Below are positions 63,555 to 64,000 of a stretch of 64,000 nucleotides of DNA, one piece after another. Origin of the DNA: Gammaproteobacteria bacterium (lineage in GTDB: Bacteria; Pseudomonadota; Gammaproteobacteria; UBA4575); assembly GCA_965221955.1 (NCBI GenBank), contig CBDCTA010000029.1, positions 384,001-448,000 of the forward strand, written 5' to 3'. The stretch's first letter is position 1, and each line of letters starts with the position of its first letter. A program made the translations under genes and the position numbers. The notes below the pieces were generated by a model that was given only the letters and a program-made list of their open reading frames with translations, had not been told where the DNA came from and ran no database searches.

Positions 63555-64000
63555 TTAGTTACAGTAATAGGTTCGGAGTTTTAGTTTTTCTAACATTTTC
63601 GCCCATAAACTATTTGCACAACTAAGACCTTCTCGTGCAAATTTTTCATCTATTACGCCACCTTTACCCGTTTGGTAATTTTGCGCGTAAATACGATGTG
63701 TATCATCTGCAAGGTCCTCAATACCAAGTGCTATATAGGCCTGTTCTAATATATATACAGCTTCAGGCATGACTTCGGCACCTTGATAGTTTTCCATAAT
63801 GTATTTAGCGCGGTTGGCCGAGGCAACATAAGCCCCACGCTTCATATAAAATTTTGCAACTTTAAGTTCATATTCAGCGAGTTCATTGCGCAAGTAGATC
63901 ATGCGCAGTTTCGCATCATCTGCATACTTGCTATCAGGATACTTATCAATCAGTGTTCCAAAAATTTCAAAGGCTTCATGCAGTGATGTGGGGTCGTTAT
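63555..64000 (-). CDS. bamD: Outer membrane protein assembly factor BamD (ComL), 5'-truncated by the window edge
   Basis: The frame is open to the edge: ...AFEIF.TLIDKYPDSKYADDAKLRMIYLRNELAEYELKVAKFYMKRGAYVASANR. Convergent with nadE. Confidence 0.9.
   Translation of the reverse strand, partial: NDPTSLHEAFEIFGTLIDKYPDSKYADDAKLRMIYLRNELAEYELKVAKFYMKRGAYVASANRAKYIMENYQGAEVMPEAVYILEQAYIALGIEDLADDTHRIYAQNYQTGKGGVIDEKFAREGLSCANSLWAKMLEKLKLRTYYCN

Overview
A 64 kb segment from an AT-rich gammaproteobacterium. Most of it is conserved core genome: glcD-like oxidase, gmhA-yraN-lpoA / rsmI-rnpB, the complete dcw cluster (mraZ to ftsZ, then lpxC), DUF721, an M23 peptidase, secA, argJ, a MutT-ThiE fusion, the zapD-coaE-pilD-pilC-pilB block, pilA, pilR-pilS, sucCD, nadE and the 3' part of bamD. 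Two accessory regions stand out. (1) At about 1-3.9 kb is the end of an operon encoding a membrane di-iron sterol-desaturase/fatty-acid-hydroxylase domain fused to a GH3 acyl-adenylate/amido-synthetase domain. It is followed by an enolase-superfamily enzyme with muconate-cycloisomerase-like catalytic residues but a Lys-to-Arg change. This is a candidate uncharacterised lipid or small-molecule biosynthetic pathway. (2) A ~15 kb glycosylation island lies between pilA and pilB. It encodes a TMTC/TfpW-like GT-C membrane protein, a Dol-P-Man-synthase-like GT2, a DUF354 protein, a pseudaminic acid pathway (pseB, pseC, pseF, pseG-GNAT fusion, pseI), a second divergent NeuB paralogue, a flippase and further glycosyltransferases. 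It also holds an unannotated relic of a third NeuB/PseI gene. Clusters of frameshifts in murD, murG, murC and pilB (and possibly murB) look like sequencing or assembly errors, not real pseudogenes. All calls come from reading motifs by eye; no database searches were run.
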